The translations under genes and the position numbers were made by a program. Positions 41,526 to 53,392 of a stretch of 64,000 nt of DNA are shown here, in pieces. Every line of letters starts with the position of its first letter. The stretch's first letter is position 1. The stretch is from positions 251,104,055 through 251,168,054 of the forward strand of contig NC_133622.1 of NCBI RefSeq assembly GCF_048593235.1. Direction: 5' to 3'. The stretch comes from Sminthopsis crassicaudata. Its lineage: Eukaryota. The notes under the pieces were generated by a model. It had not been told where the DNA came from and did not search any database. It saw only the letters and a program-made list of their open reading frames with translations.

Positions 41526-43528
41526 CAGGGGGAGAAAAAGTGTGTCAGAATTACATTTATTGGAAAGCCGGTTATTAAGCACTAAGTCAATCACTGAGGG
41601 GAACCCATCATTTTCCAGGGCAGTTCTGCTCCATTTCAGAATGATTCTGATTGGAACAAAGTCAGGAGATGGAAATCTGTCCTTTTGTAACTTCTGCTCA
41701 CAAAACTCATCCTTCTGTATCTCAGTTTCCTCATCTGTCAAATTGGCAGGTTGGATTCTGTGTCCTTTTGGGGCTCTTGCACCTCTAAATCTACAGTCCT
41801 GTCATGTGCCACGTGGGAGAAAGCGGTTGCACCTTCCCAGCTTTCTCTTCTGAGCCTAAAGGTCCCTTGTGCCTTCTGCCGTGCTCCCATGAGGGAGAAG
41901 CCCTCCTCTGACCTCTTCAGCCTGTCAGTGTCCTTCTGAAAAGGGCAATTCAGAGGGGGGCAGTACTTGGACTGTCCCAATACAGAATCTACAGCTCTTG
42001 GGGATCAGTGCTGGAGAGGTAAGGGGGTCTGGCAGCTGAGCATCCTAGCTGTGTGACTCTAAGTGGATCAGGCTTCAAAATTGGCCCCAAATGAGGGACT
42101 AGACAAGACTGGCCCCAAGGTCATCTCCGGGGCCACCGTTTCCATCCTGGCTCCACTCTCTCTTCTGCCTCTGATGGTTCATGTTCCATATCCTCAGGTC
42201 TTTGCAATCAGAAGAGCAAGTTCAACAAATACTTACTAAGAAAGGGAGAGCTGACCCTCCCTCCATGCGGCCCAGTCGGAGGAACATTTCCTTTGGAGAA
42301 GAAGCCCTTCACTTCTGTCCCATCCCTGTCGCCCACTGCCCACCCACCGCCACTAGCCGAGGACCACTGCCACACCTGAACGTTCCCCCCCACCGCCTGC
42401 TGGGGTAAATCTCGAGGAGGCCTGAGCGGAGCAGCTAAGCTTCCCTCACGCCCTCAGCAACCACAGCAACTAAGGGCTCTGAAGAGAAAATTCTCACCAC
42501 CAAAACCCTTGACATTTTCTTATGGCCATAAATGTTCGTCAAATGTTTTCTATCTTCCAAATGCTGGGGTGACAAGAGGAGGCAGCCCCTCTGCCCCCAG
42601 AACTCTCCCCACGCACAGTCCTTGCTTTCTGAGAGGCGCCTAATGAAGGCCACAACACGCAGAGAGTGCACAACCAAACTGTCAAGGAGACTCTCCGAGG
42701 GCAGACGCAGGAGGGGGAAGCCCTGCAGCCCGGTGGGCTTCTGGTACCTGAAGGAAGCCCAGGAGCCAGGGAGGAAAGGTGGGAGGAAGGAATTCCAGGG
42801 ACAAGGGTCTGCCACAGACAATCCTCACAGTGAGAAGAAGAATGCTAGTGGAGGCCATTTTCTTTCTTTCTTTTTTTTTTTAATTATTCTCTCTCTCTTT
42901 TTTTTTTTTTTATTATAGCTTTTTATTTACCTGATATATGCATGGGTAATTTTCCAGCACTGACAACTGCCAAACCTTTTGTTCCAATTTTTCCCCTCCT
43001 TCCCCCCACTCCCTCCCCCAGATGGCAGGTTGACCAGAACATGTAAAATAGTGGACGCCATTTTTGTTGGATGGAAGAGTACAGAAAGAGAATAAGGCAG
43101 GGAAAGATAAAAAGGGACAAATTGTGAATGACTGCAGGTAGTGGGGAGCTATGGAAGCTCAAAGGATGAGCGAATGTGGTCAGATCCGTGCAAAACCCTT
43201 GCCGTTGTCAGATGGTTCAGTGTCAGTGAAGGGAAATTAAGCCGCCGAGTCTGTCCATCTGACTCAGAGCTGAAGCTGCTGCTCCAGGCTTTCTCCGGCT
43301 ATTAGGAAGCGAGCTCTTTGAGAGCAGGGATCTTTGCGCTTGTCTATTTGTATTGCAACTCCAGGACAGTGCTTTGCTGATGGTGAGCTCTTAATCGAGG
43401 TTTTTTCATTCATATTATGTGTAAAATCCCATGCTAGGTAATATTCACCAGAAATATTTATTTATTATTATTTTTCACCATAAATATTTAATATGAACAA
43501 GAGTATCTTAAAGAGTTCACCAGCCATG

Positions 43529-43680
43529 GGGCAGCTGGGTGGTGTAATGGATAGTGCACCAGCCCTGTAGTCAGGAGGACCTGAGTTCAAATCTGGCCTC
43601 AGACACTTAACACTTCCTGGCTGTATGACCCTGGGCAAGTCACTTAACCGCAATTGCCTCAGCAAAAAAAAAAAAAAAGA
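43529..43680 (+). mobile_element. CORE-SINE (WSINE1-like) with A-tail
   Basis: ggggcagctgggtggtgtaatggatagtgcacc...cctcagcaaaaaaa. Confidence 0.85.
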
Positions 43681-45289
43681 GTCAACTAGGAGACCCAATT
43701 ACAAAAAGAATTATTGTCAAAAACGACGAGCTCATTCGCTTTCTGAGGTGCCTGAAAAATAGGGGAACCAGGACTTTGATCTCTTGATGCTCAGGAGAAG
43801 CAGTGTTTGGAGGCCCGCCTCAGGACACCCCCCCCTGGCAGGCTCCTCAGGGGCCTTTGTCCTGCCATGCCTGGAAATGCTCTCTGCCTCATTCCTTCTG
43901 GTAGAATTCACAGCTTCCTTTGCAGCTCAGCTCAAGAGGACCTGCTACCAGAAGCCTCTTCTGATGCCCTCAACTGCATGTGTGCCCCTTGACCCTGAAC
44001 TCACCTCATTTGATTTTGTATAAGTGAAATTAACAAAACTGTCTCTGATCCAATTAAGGAGTTTTCTGGAGAATCTGATAACAGAATCTAAGCCACCTGA
44101 TAACAGCCATGGCGACCCCTTGGCCTGGTGCCCTGTAAACAATCGTGGAGTTGACCTTTTAATTTTCCCTCATGTTTTTTATTTGCATTTTGTATTTTTT
44201 TGCTCCTCCGCCCTTAACCCCTGTGTGTGTCACCTAGCTCACCATGCTGGAGCACTGGGGGACAGAAACCGGCCTCCCTTTACACATAATTGCATCCTGT
44301 CAGACGAGCTAGAGAAGGAAATGGCTCAGATCTCTGAGAAAGTGAGTGAGAAACCACTGGGCCACAGCAGAAGCCGGCTTTCCGGCCCGGGATCATCACT
44401 TCAGCTTGTGGCCTTGACCAGGACAAGTGCTCCAGAGCCCGGGGGGGGGGGGGGGGTTCCTGAAAATAGAATGTGAAATGACAAGTTCTCCTTTCCCCCA
44501 GTGGGGGAAGAAGGGGAGGGGACAGGGAAGGAGGGGAGGCAGGTGCTTGTCAATTGGAGGGGGGTAGAAATGGTTGAAGAACTCTGACCCACTTACTGTC
44601 CCTTAAACATAACCCTGTTTCTGGAGGCCACACTTTTGCCCAGATGGCTCCCGTACCATGCATGCCCTCCCTTCTTAGTTTTTCCGCTTTTTTTCAAAGC
44701 TGGGATCCCATTCTCTGCTGGAGGTTTTCCCCCAGTCTCTCTAGCCACCAGAAACCAGCCCTCCCTTCTAAATTTCCATTTACTCCCCATGCATCCTCTA
44801 TGTTCCTGTGTATAAATAGGACGCATCTTCCAGGGGACTGTATGCTAATTGAAAGGCTGCGAGGCGTTCTGGGTCCTTTTCTGCTCCGTGTTCTGGACCC
44901 TCGGGGTCTGTCTCGGGCAGCCATCCCCATTTTCCACCCCCAACACTCTCTGGTTCTCTGAGCTACCCTTTCTTGCTCCCCCCATCCCCACACTCTGTGG
45001 CTTCTCACCACTGACTCACTGGTGCCTCCAGAGACGTGTGTCACCGCCATGAGGCAGCTGGAGGTGTGAGCAATAAACAGGAAGTCTCCCTCCTGTTCTG
45101 AGCCACCCTTCTTTCCCCTGCCACTTCCCAGCAGTATCACTTACTGGCCTGGACTGAATCGGAAGCAGCAAGACTCTTCAAATGGGAAGGACCCCGGAGA
45201 CCCTCGAGTCTAATCCCGACTTCACTATAACGTCCCAGAGAAATGGCCGTCCGGTTTTGGCTTAAGAGAAGGTCCCTCTATGGGATATG

Positions 45290-46375
45290 GGTAGAAGGGG
45301 TGATGTCATAGCAGGTTAGGAAAGGGGTAGTTTACCTCTCCGATTTCTGGAGAAGAAAGGAACTTATGACCAAAGAAGAAGCAGAAAGAGAAAATTATGA
45401 AAGGCAAAATGCACGATTTGGATGACAGTAATTAAAACATTTTTGCACAAATAAAACCAACAGAAACAAGATTAAAAGGAAAGGACAGAGCTGGGAAAAC
45501 TCTTTACAGGCAGCACTTCTGATACAAGTCTCATTTCTAAAATATATGAAGAACTCTTGTCAAATCTATAAGGATACAAGTCATTTCCCAGTTGATAAAT
45601 GGTCAAAGGAGATGAAGACATTTTTCAGATGATGAGATTAAAGCCCTCTACAGTCATATGAAAAATACTCTAAATCACTATTGATTAGAGAAATGCAAAT
45701 TAAAACAACACCTCTCAGATTGGCTAGGATGACAGGAATGTTGGAGGGGATGTGGGAAAACTGGGACACTGATACATGGTTGGTGGAATTGTGAAATGAT
45801 TCAACCATTCTGGAAAGTAATATGGAACAAAGGGCTCTTTTCATACCCACTGACCCGGCGGTGTCATTACTGGGTCTGTATCTCAAGGAAATCATAAAGA
45901 GGGAGAGGGCCCACAGGTGTAAAAATGTTTGTAGCAGTTCTTGTGGTATTAAAGAACTGAAAAATAAGTGGATGGTCATCAATGGGGAATGGCTGAACAA
46001 GTTTTAGTATACGAAAGTAATGGCCTATTATTATTCTATAAGAAATGATGAGGTGGCATAGGGGATAGAGCACCAGCCCTGAAGTCAGGAGGACCTGAGT
46101 TCAAATCTAGCCTCAGACACTTACTTCCTGACTGTGTGATCCTGGGCAAGTCGCTTAACCCCAATTGCCTTAGTTTAAAAAAAAAAAAAATTTGATGAGC
46201 AGCTGATTTCAGAAAAGCCTGGAAAGACTTACATGAACTGATACTGAATGCAGTGAACAGAACCAGGAAAACACTGTAGACAGCAACAAGTTGTGCAATG
46301 ATCAGTTATGGTAGACTTAGTTTTTCTCAGCAATTTAATGATCCGAGGCAATCCTAATAAACTAAAAGCAATGAA
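45290..46375 (+). mobile_element. Degraded L1 ORF2 3' region with a nested SINE (about 46055-46190)
   Basis: gaaatgcaaattaaaacaac and gatacatggttggtgga motifs of the L1 ORF2 C-terminus; the SINE has an A-tail. Confidence 0.75.
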
Positions 46376-47469
46376 TTAAAAAAGCAAAAGAAAAGGTCCC
46401 CTTCCTCCCCCAGCCTCAAGAATCCAGGCTTTCCCAAAAGGGGAGGGGAGGCAAGTTAACACAATTTTTCAGAGCGGAGACAAAGGTTTCCAGGACCCGG
46501 CACCTTAGATCAGTGGAGAAAGACATGGGGCCTCTAGAGCTCAAGGTCCCCGTGCTGATGATGAAGCCAGGAGTCTCATCCAGTTAGTTCTAAAGTCCTG
46601 GAACAAAAGACCTGGAAGGTGTTTCAGAGATTTTCACATCTAACCTCACTTTTTAATTTAATTTTTTTGTTTTGTTTTTCGGTCACTTTTACTTTCCGAT
46701 ATGTTCTCGTTCCCCAACCCAAGTACTAAACCTTTTGTAAGATATGAATATGTGGGTTGTCTAAATATCCATGTGGTTCACCGGTCATGTTGTCTCTTTA
46801 AGCTTTTTAGATCTTTCCACTGTCTCAGTTTGATCAAGGCAACACCCATTCACTAACTAAGGCTTGGTAAGAAACAAGGGAAAAAATGGGCTCTTTCATC
46901 AAGTCAAAAAAAAAAAAAAATCATATGGTGGGGGGGCAGGAAGACTGGAGTTTCTGGTCAAAACAGAAACAATTGTTATTTACCCTCACCCTGAGACAAT
47001 CAGAGCCCAAACACTGACCCACTGACCCAGTGGGGCTTGGGATCTACTATTGGCCCATCCACAAGGGCCAGAGTGAGTTGGGTTTAAGGAAAAAATCTAG
47101 CCTGTAAACTCCAGGTTTCAGTGATCAAAATTGATATTCCTGTGCATGTGAGAGTGTGATTACCTGTGTGGACAGAGGAAGAGGAGGGAGGCAGAGAGGG
47201 GAGGAAGGAAGGAGCTGTGCTGGCCAACTGGAACCTGTCAGAGGATCCCCAAGTGGGGCAGCAATTCCTGCTCACAAGCTGTCCTGAAAGAGGGCCAGAA
47301 GGTAATGTCTCTTCCGAAAGCCTAAAAAGCCAAACTGTCCAGGAAAAAGGAAAAAATAGCAAGGACTCGAAGCACGTGAATTACAAGACTGAAAATCGAA
47401 GCAGAGGAATCAGATGAGGGGGGGCGGGGGGAGAAGGGCTGGTGGTTCTGCAATCCTGCTCCCAAGAAG

Positions 47470-48210
47470 GAACAATAGTTATACATACTAAGAAGGGGAT
47501 AATACCCTCCAGAATCTCAAAAGAAATAAAAGGAAGAAGGACTAGAATAAAATGGGATAGGGGCTAAGGGGAGTGAGATATGGTGAGTAGATCAATGGTA
47601 GTGGGATAAAGAGGGAGGGGAAAGGTGGGGGGAGAAAATAAGAGAGGGATCCATGGGGCAGGGGCATTGGCAGGGAGGTTAGGTAATAGCGAGGCAAATC
47701 AACAGGTAGAAGTAAACTAAAAGAATTAGTAAGAATAGGAAATAAGAGCTAAGAACACAGTAACAGTGATCAGGAGTGGAGTTTATTAGAAAAAAAAAAA
47801 AAAGTATGGCCATCAATTGGGGAACGGCTGAACAAACTACAGTCCATGAAGGTGATAGAATATTACTGTTCTATAAAAAATGACAAACGAGCTGATTATA
47901 AAAAGGCCTGGAAAGTTTTACATGAACTGAGAGAACAAGCAGAACCAGGAAGACACTGTATACAGTGATAGCAGGAATGGACGATGAGCAGCTAAGAAAG
48001 GCTCAGTTCTTCTCAGTGGCTCCGTGATCTGAAGCAACCCCAATAGCCTCTGGATGGAAAATGCCATCTACATGCAGAGAATGTAAATCATCTCCTGCTA
48101 GATTCACTTCCTTTTTCTGTTTTTTTTTTTTTCCTCTCTCCCATAGATTTTCCCCTTTTGCTCTGATTTTTCTCTCCCGACATGATTCATAAAGCAACGT
48201 GTATCAAAAA
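47470..48210 (+). mobile_element. Degraded L1 fragment(s)
   Basis: L1-like 3' region (tattactgttctataa...gagcagctaagaaag...tgattcat). Confidence 0.55.
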
Positions 48211-48261
48211 ATAAAGAAAAGCAAAAAGAATCGAGGTAGTAATCACTGGTCTCAGGTAAAA

Positions 48262-49725
48262 AAATTTTTTTTCATTTCAGAAAGTTTATTTCCTCTAGTT
48301 CTGTTACTTTTTTTAAATTTTTAAAATTTTATTTAGAATTTTTTTTCACAGTATATATGCATGAGCAATTTTTCTCCACAACATTATCCCTAGTATTCAT
48401 CCCTCCAAATTATTCCCCCCCCTCTCCACTCCCTCCCCCCATGACAGGCAATCCCATACATTCTACATGTGTTACAATAAAACCTAGATACAATATATAT
48501 GTGCAAGTACCATTTTCTTGTTGCACATCAAGTACTAGACTCCGAAGGTATAAGTAACCTGGGTAGACAGACAGTAGTGTTAACAATTTACATTCACTTC
48601 CCAGTGTTCCTTCTCTGGGTGTAGTTGTTTCTGTCCATCATTGATCAACTGGAAGTGAGTTGGATCTTCTTTATGTTGAAGATTTCCACCTCCATCAGAA
48701 CACATCCTCATACAGCACTGAGGTGTACAGCAATCTTCTGGTTCTATTCATTTCACTCAGCATCAGTTGATTTAAGTCTCTCCAAACCACTCTGAATTCC
48801 TCCTGCTGGTCATTTCTTACAGAACAATAATATTCCATAACCTTCATATACCATCATTTACCCAACCATTCTCCAATTGATGGGCATCCATTCAACTTCC
48901 AGTTTCTAGCTACAACAATAAGAGCTGCCACAAACATTTTGGCACATATAGATCCCTTTCCCTTCTTTAGTAATTCTTTGGGATATAATCCCAATAGCAG
49001 CAATGCTGGGTCAAAGGGTATGCACAGTTTGATAACTTTTTGGGCATAATTCCAGATTGCTCTCCAGAATGGTTGGATTCTTTCACAACTCCACCAACAA
49101 TGTATCAGTGTCCCAGTTTTCCCACATCCCCTCCAACATTCATCATTATTTGTTCCTGTCATCTTAGCCAATCTGACAGGTGTGTAGTGGTATCTCAGAG
49201 TTGTCTTAATTTGCATTTCTCTGATCAGTAGTGATTTGGAACACTCATATGAGTGGATATAGTTTCTTTTTTTTTTTATAATTTTTTATTATTATATATA
49301 TTTTTTATAATATTATCCCTTGTATTCATTTTTCCAAATTATCCCCCCCTCCCTCTATTCCCTCCCCCCGATGACAGGCAATCCCATACATTTTACATGT
49401 GTTACAATATAGTCTAGGTACAATACATGTGTATAAATATCATTTTCTTGTTGCACAATAAACATTAGAATTCGAAGGTACATGTAACCTGGGCAGACAG
49501 ATATTAGTGCTAACAATTTACATTCACTTCCCAGTGTTTCTTCTCTGGGTGTAGCTACCTCTGTCCATCATTGATCAACTGGAAGTGAGTTGGATCTTCT
49601 GAGTGGATATAGTTTCAATTTTATCATCTGAGAATTGTCTGTTCATATCCTTTGGCCATTTATCAATTGGAGAATGGTTTGATTTCTTATAAATTAGGCT
49701 CAGTTCTCTATATATTTTGGAAATG
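48262..49725 (-). mobile_element. Relatively young 5'-truncated L1 with a nested same-family L1 tail
   Basis: ORF 48854-49216 encodes the L1 ORF2p Cys-rich C-terminus ([16 protein letters not shown]). Outer TSD tggtctcaggtaaaa at 48247-48261 and 49726-49740. Inner insert at 49267-49599 with TSD tgagtggatatagtttc (49250-49266 and 49600-49616). Confidence 0.9.
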
Positions 49726-50284
49726 TGGTCTCAGGTAAAATTAAACCTAAAAGATTCAGTTAAGAGACATCACATAGTTTTTCCAATGTCCCATTATTGT
49801 AATGCAACATGTATATAGTTTATATACATATATTATTATATATTATGTATATATATATAATATGTATATTTCATATTGTATAATTATTACAATATAGATA
49901 TTATTGTATAACGTAACATATTATTGGCTCCCTATACTGCTGAATGAAGTCCAAGCCACATTGAAAAGTCATCGGGAAATATTTAATAAAGTAAATAAAA
50001 ATATAATAAAAAAGAGACATCACATAAACCTTTTATGTTAGCCACCGTAATATTGTTTAAATGTATGTGTATGTATGTCTATATGTAGGTGTGTATGTGT
50101 GTATACAAACATATGTAATATACATAAATATATTCGTGCTTAACTTGTAACCTGTTTAGGGAAATGGGAAGGAGGAAAGGGAAAAAGAAGAAAGTAAAAA
50201 ATGCCCAGCAGAGAAACAAAGAAAAGGACAGTTATGAATTCATCTTCTATTATCATATATGCTTTCTTAAAAAGTAAATTTATT

Positions 50285-50430
50285 AGCTGGGTGGCGCAGT
50301 GGATAGAGCACTTGGCCCTGAAGTCAGGAGGACCTGAGTTTAAATCTGGCCTCAGACACTTAACACTTCCTGGCTGTGTGACCCTGGGCAAGTCACTTTA
50401 CCCGAATTCCCTCAGCAAAATAATAAAATA
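50285..50430 (+). mobile_element. CORE-SINE (WSINE1-like)
   Basis: agctgggtggcgcagtggatagagcac...ccctcagcaaaataataaaataaaa. Confidence 0.85.
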
Positions 50431-50454
50431 AAAATCAGAGAAATTCAACAGATT

Positions 50455-50715
50455 AGAAAAGGAGTCAGCAAAGTTTTTCTCTATAGACCAGATTTTAAAT
50501 ATTTTTTAAGGCGCAAAGTCTAAGATATTATGTAGGTAACAAGGGAGAAAACACATTTCCACAAATTTAAAAAAAATAAAATTCAAAATATAATAATAAC
50601 AATAATAATAAAGATCACTTTTTAAAATACAGGTTTGCTAATGAGAATGGAGTTTTTGGTGAAGATAACATTTTACCTAATTGGAGTTCAATGTTCATGT
50701 TCCCTATCATTAAAA
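50455..50715 (+). mobile_element. Probable ancient hAT DNA transposon remnant (MER58-like)
   Basis: ggagtcagcaaagtttttctctatagaccagattttaaatatttt resembles the MER58 terminus as recalled. Confidence 0.4.
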
Positions 50716-51130
50716 TGTCCTTCTTGACTTTTTCCTCTCCCGCCGAGCTCCCCTATTCACTGCTTCTCCCAGCCTCCCATGCAGCTCTGAAACAAGATTT
50801 TTTTCGAATTCACGCAAAGGAAAAAGGCAAAGCCAGAGAACAGGAGCCGCGTGGCCTAAAATGACGCACATGGGCTCAGTGTCTAACGCCAGCCAGACTT
50901 GGGGCCGGGATCAGTGGGAAGGCCCCAACTTGCCTCCCTTTGGTGGAGAGACGGGGAGCTGGGGCTGCAGAGCACTGCATTTCCTGTCATATCTGATCAC
51001 CCTGTCCGGGACAAAGGCTTGCCTTGGATACAGGAGAATGTAGGGTCCCCAAAGAGGACTTTTCCCGGCCCTTTTGTCTGTAGTGTCTGCTATGTGACAT
51101 ACAGGGGGTAGTTACTAAATGTTTGTTAAA

Positions 51131-51136
<6 letters not shown>

Positions 51137-51162
<26 letters not shown>

Positions 51163-51186
51163 ACAACAACAACAACAACAACAACA
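51137..51186. repeat. Compound (CA)n(CAA)n microsatellite
   Basis: acacacacacacacacacacacacacaacaacaacaacaacaacaacaacaa. Confidence 0.95.
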
Positions 51187-51664
51187 AGAAAGGGTAAGAG
51201 TTCGGGAGAAAGAGATGAGTGCATTCTATAGGAATCAAAGGGCTTTAAGCTACAAGTCACTTCAGAAGCCCGTACAGAACCTCAGCCTCCGAGGCTGTTG
51301 GACTGAACCAGACTTGAGGAGAAAGTCCCAGGGATCTGCTTGACCACAGCCGGACCGGAGGGCTCCCAACCTCTTGAGGCAGCCTCTTCCACTTTGGGAC
51401 CACTCTGATGCCTCAGTTTACCTCTTTATAACTTCCCTCTATTATGTCGGGTCCTGCCTTAGGTCAAGCACGACAGCTTTTTTCTTTTCCCCACAAAGAC
51501 CCTTATAATACCTGAATTCTATTCAACAAAAATGGGTAAAGTTGGCCAAGTTGCTCAATTGTGGTGGGCTGGAGATGAGAAGCTGGGGAGCATTCACTCT
51601 GCCCTCGAGGTAGTGAGGGGACCTAAGGAAAGTCTTTGAGTGAGAGTGGGGTGAATGTTTTTTA

Positions 51665-52030
51665 AATCTTTTCATTTTTTATTGAAGCTTTTTATTTTCT
51701 AGACATGCAAGAATAATTTTTTTTACCACTGACTCTTGCAAAACTTCCAATTTCCCCCCCTTCCCCATCTCCTCCCCTAGATGGCAAATAATCAATAGAT
51801 ATCAAACATGGTAAAAATATATGTAAATCCAATATAGACATCCATATTTCTACAATTCTCTTGTTGCACAAGAAAAATCAGATCAAAACGGGAAAAATGA
51901 GAAAGAAAATAAAATGCAAGCAAACAAGAAAAAAGAGTGAGAATGTTATGTTGTGATCCACACTCAGCTCCCACAGTCCTCTGGGTAGAGATGGCTCTCT
52001 CCAGCACAAGAGCATTGGAACTGGTGCTGA
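51665..52030 (-). mobile_element. L1 3' UTR fragment
   Basis: T-rich tail followed by ccccccttccccatctcctcccctagatggcaaat..., a marsupial L1 3' UTR pattern. Confidence 0.7.
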
Positions 52031-53392
52031 TTGTTTTTAATGGTTCACATAACAGGGTCATGGCGGCAGAAGCAAATAACTATAATTTGACAAGCCATGT
52101 GTGGTTTGGCAATAACTTGAGGGCTGTGAGGTGAAAGGAGTAGAGATAAGGAGGAGCAAGAGAGGAGGTGACTCTCTTCATTGTTCAGGAAGGGAAGGTC
52201 TGAATTAAGATGCAGCGGCCTGAGGGGAGAGAAAGGTTTGGATGGAAGAGCCTCTTGGAAGGGAGGATTGACAAGATTTGGTGACCAAGTGGGCAGAGCC
52301 AAGGGACAGCAGAGAGGACCGTGGAGACCGAGGGCCAAGATGGCGGGAGAGCACAAACGTTTGCTCCTGTGCGCCTTTGATTCTGAGGCTCATGGCTGAA
52401 GGGAATAGAAGCTGAGTTTGGGCGCACCTTGGGATGGGGGGATGCTCAGTGGGGCTCAAGACCAGACCAAAGAGAGTCCTCCTGACCTCTGACTCTCAGA
52501 GGACTAGGGTCTCTCGTAATTTTAAGACTGATGGGGAGGAGGAGGGACCGAGAATAACACTGTGGTTCTGAGCAGGAGTGACTAGGAGTTCAGTGGCAGA
52601 AATAGGGAAACTCGGGAGGGAGCCATGTTTGGCTGGAAAGGGACTGAGTCCCGCTTGGACATGTTGATTTGCGATGCCCAGTGGAACATCCGAGAGATCC
52701 AGATCAGGGCAATGGGATTGGAAATCAGGAGAGCCCAGTGCGGATCCATGGATCCTCTGCTCCTATGGTATGGATGCTCACTGAAGCTGTGGGAGCTGAT
52801 GAGGCCCCCCAAAGAAAGGAGAACAGCTCTGAGCACCCCCAAAGGGCTCTCCCAGTGCCCCGTATGCCCCGGGGTGGGGAGCTCCCCTTGGAGAAGGGTG
52901 CTGTTCCCTTCAGTCCAGTCTGGCCCTTTTCCTTCTCCTGCTCTCCTCTGAGTGCAGTAAGTGGCCAGATGGGCCGGACCGTGGGCCCATCTGCTCCCTC
53001 GTCAGGGGGATGGCAGCCTGAGATCCCACCCTTTCTCAGCTGTGGTCACATACCGGGACCCCTCCCTGACCTTGCTGCCCTAAGCAGTCGGGACTTTGCC
53101 CAGGAACCAGTGAGAATTTCCCCAGCTCACACTGGGAAAGCCGGCCTACTGCCCCTGCCTGCTCAGCCCCCCGAGGCTGTGGTCTGGCTGCCTCTGCTGC
53201 TCGGCCCCCCACCTTCCAGGAGCCAGGGGTCAGGGGAAGGAGCCTGGACCCTGGAGCTCTCACTCCCCCACCCTGCTTCCTTTGAAGGTGGGGCTCTGAC
53301 TGCCCCCTCGCAGGTGTCACTGGCTGGTTTCCTGGCCTTAGTCATATCCGATTGCTCTCGCCTCACCCCTCACTTGGCTCCCTGGCTTCGAG

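Noticed and set aside
42532-42918. 128-aa ATG ORF in the EFEMP2-CTSW spacer
   Set aside because: It has no domain, no splice context, and it runs into a poly-T retroelement tail.
49762-50026. 15-bp direct repeat aagagacatcacata flanking AT-rich DNA
   Set aside because: It could be a TSD or a small duplication, but the interior is low-complexity and cannot be assigned.
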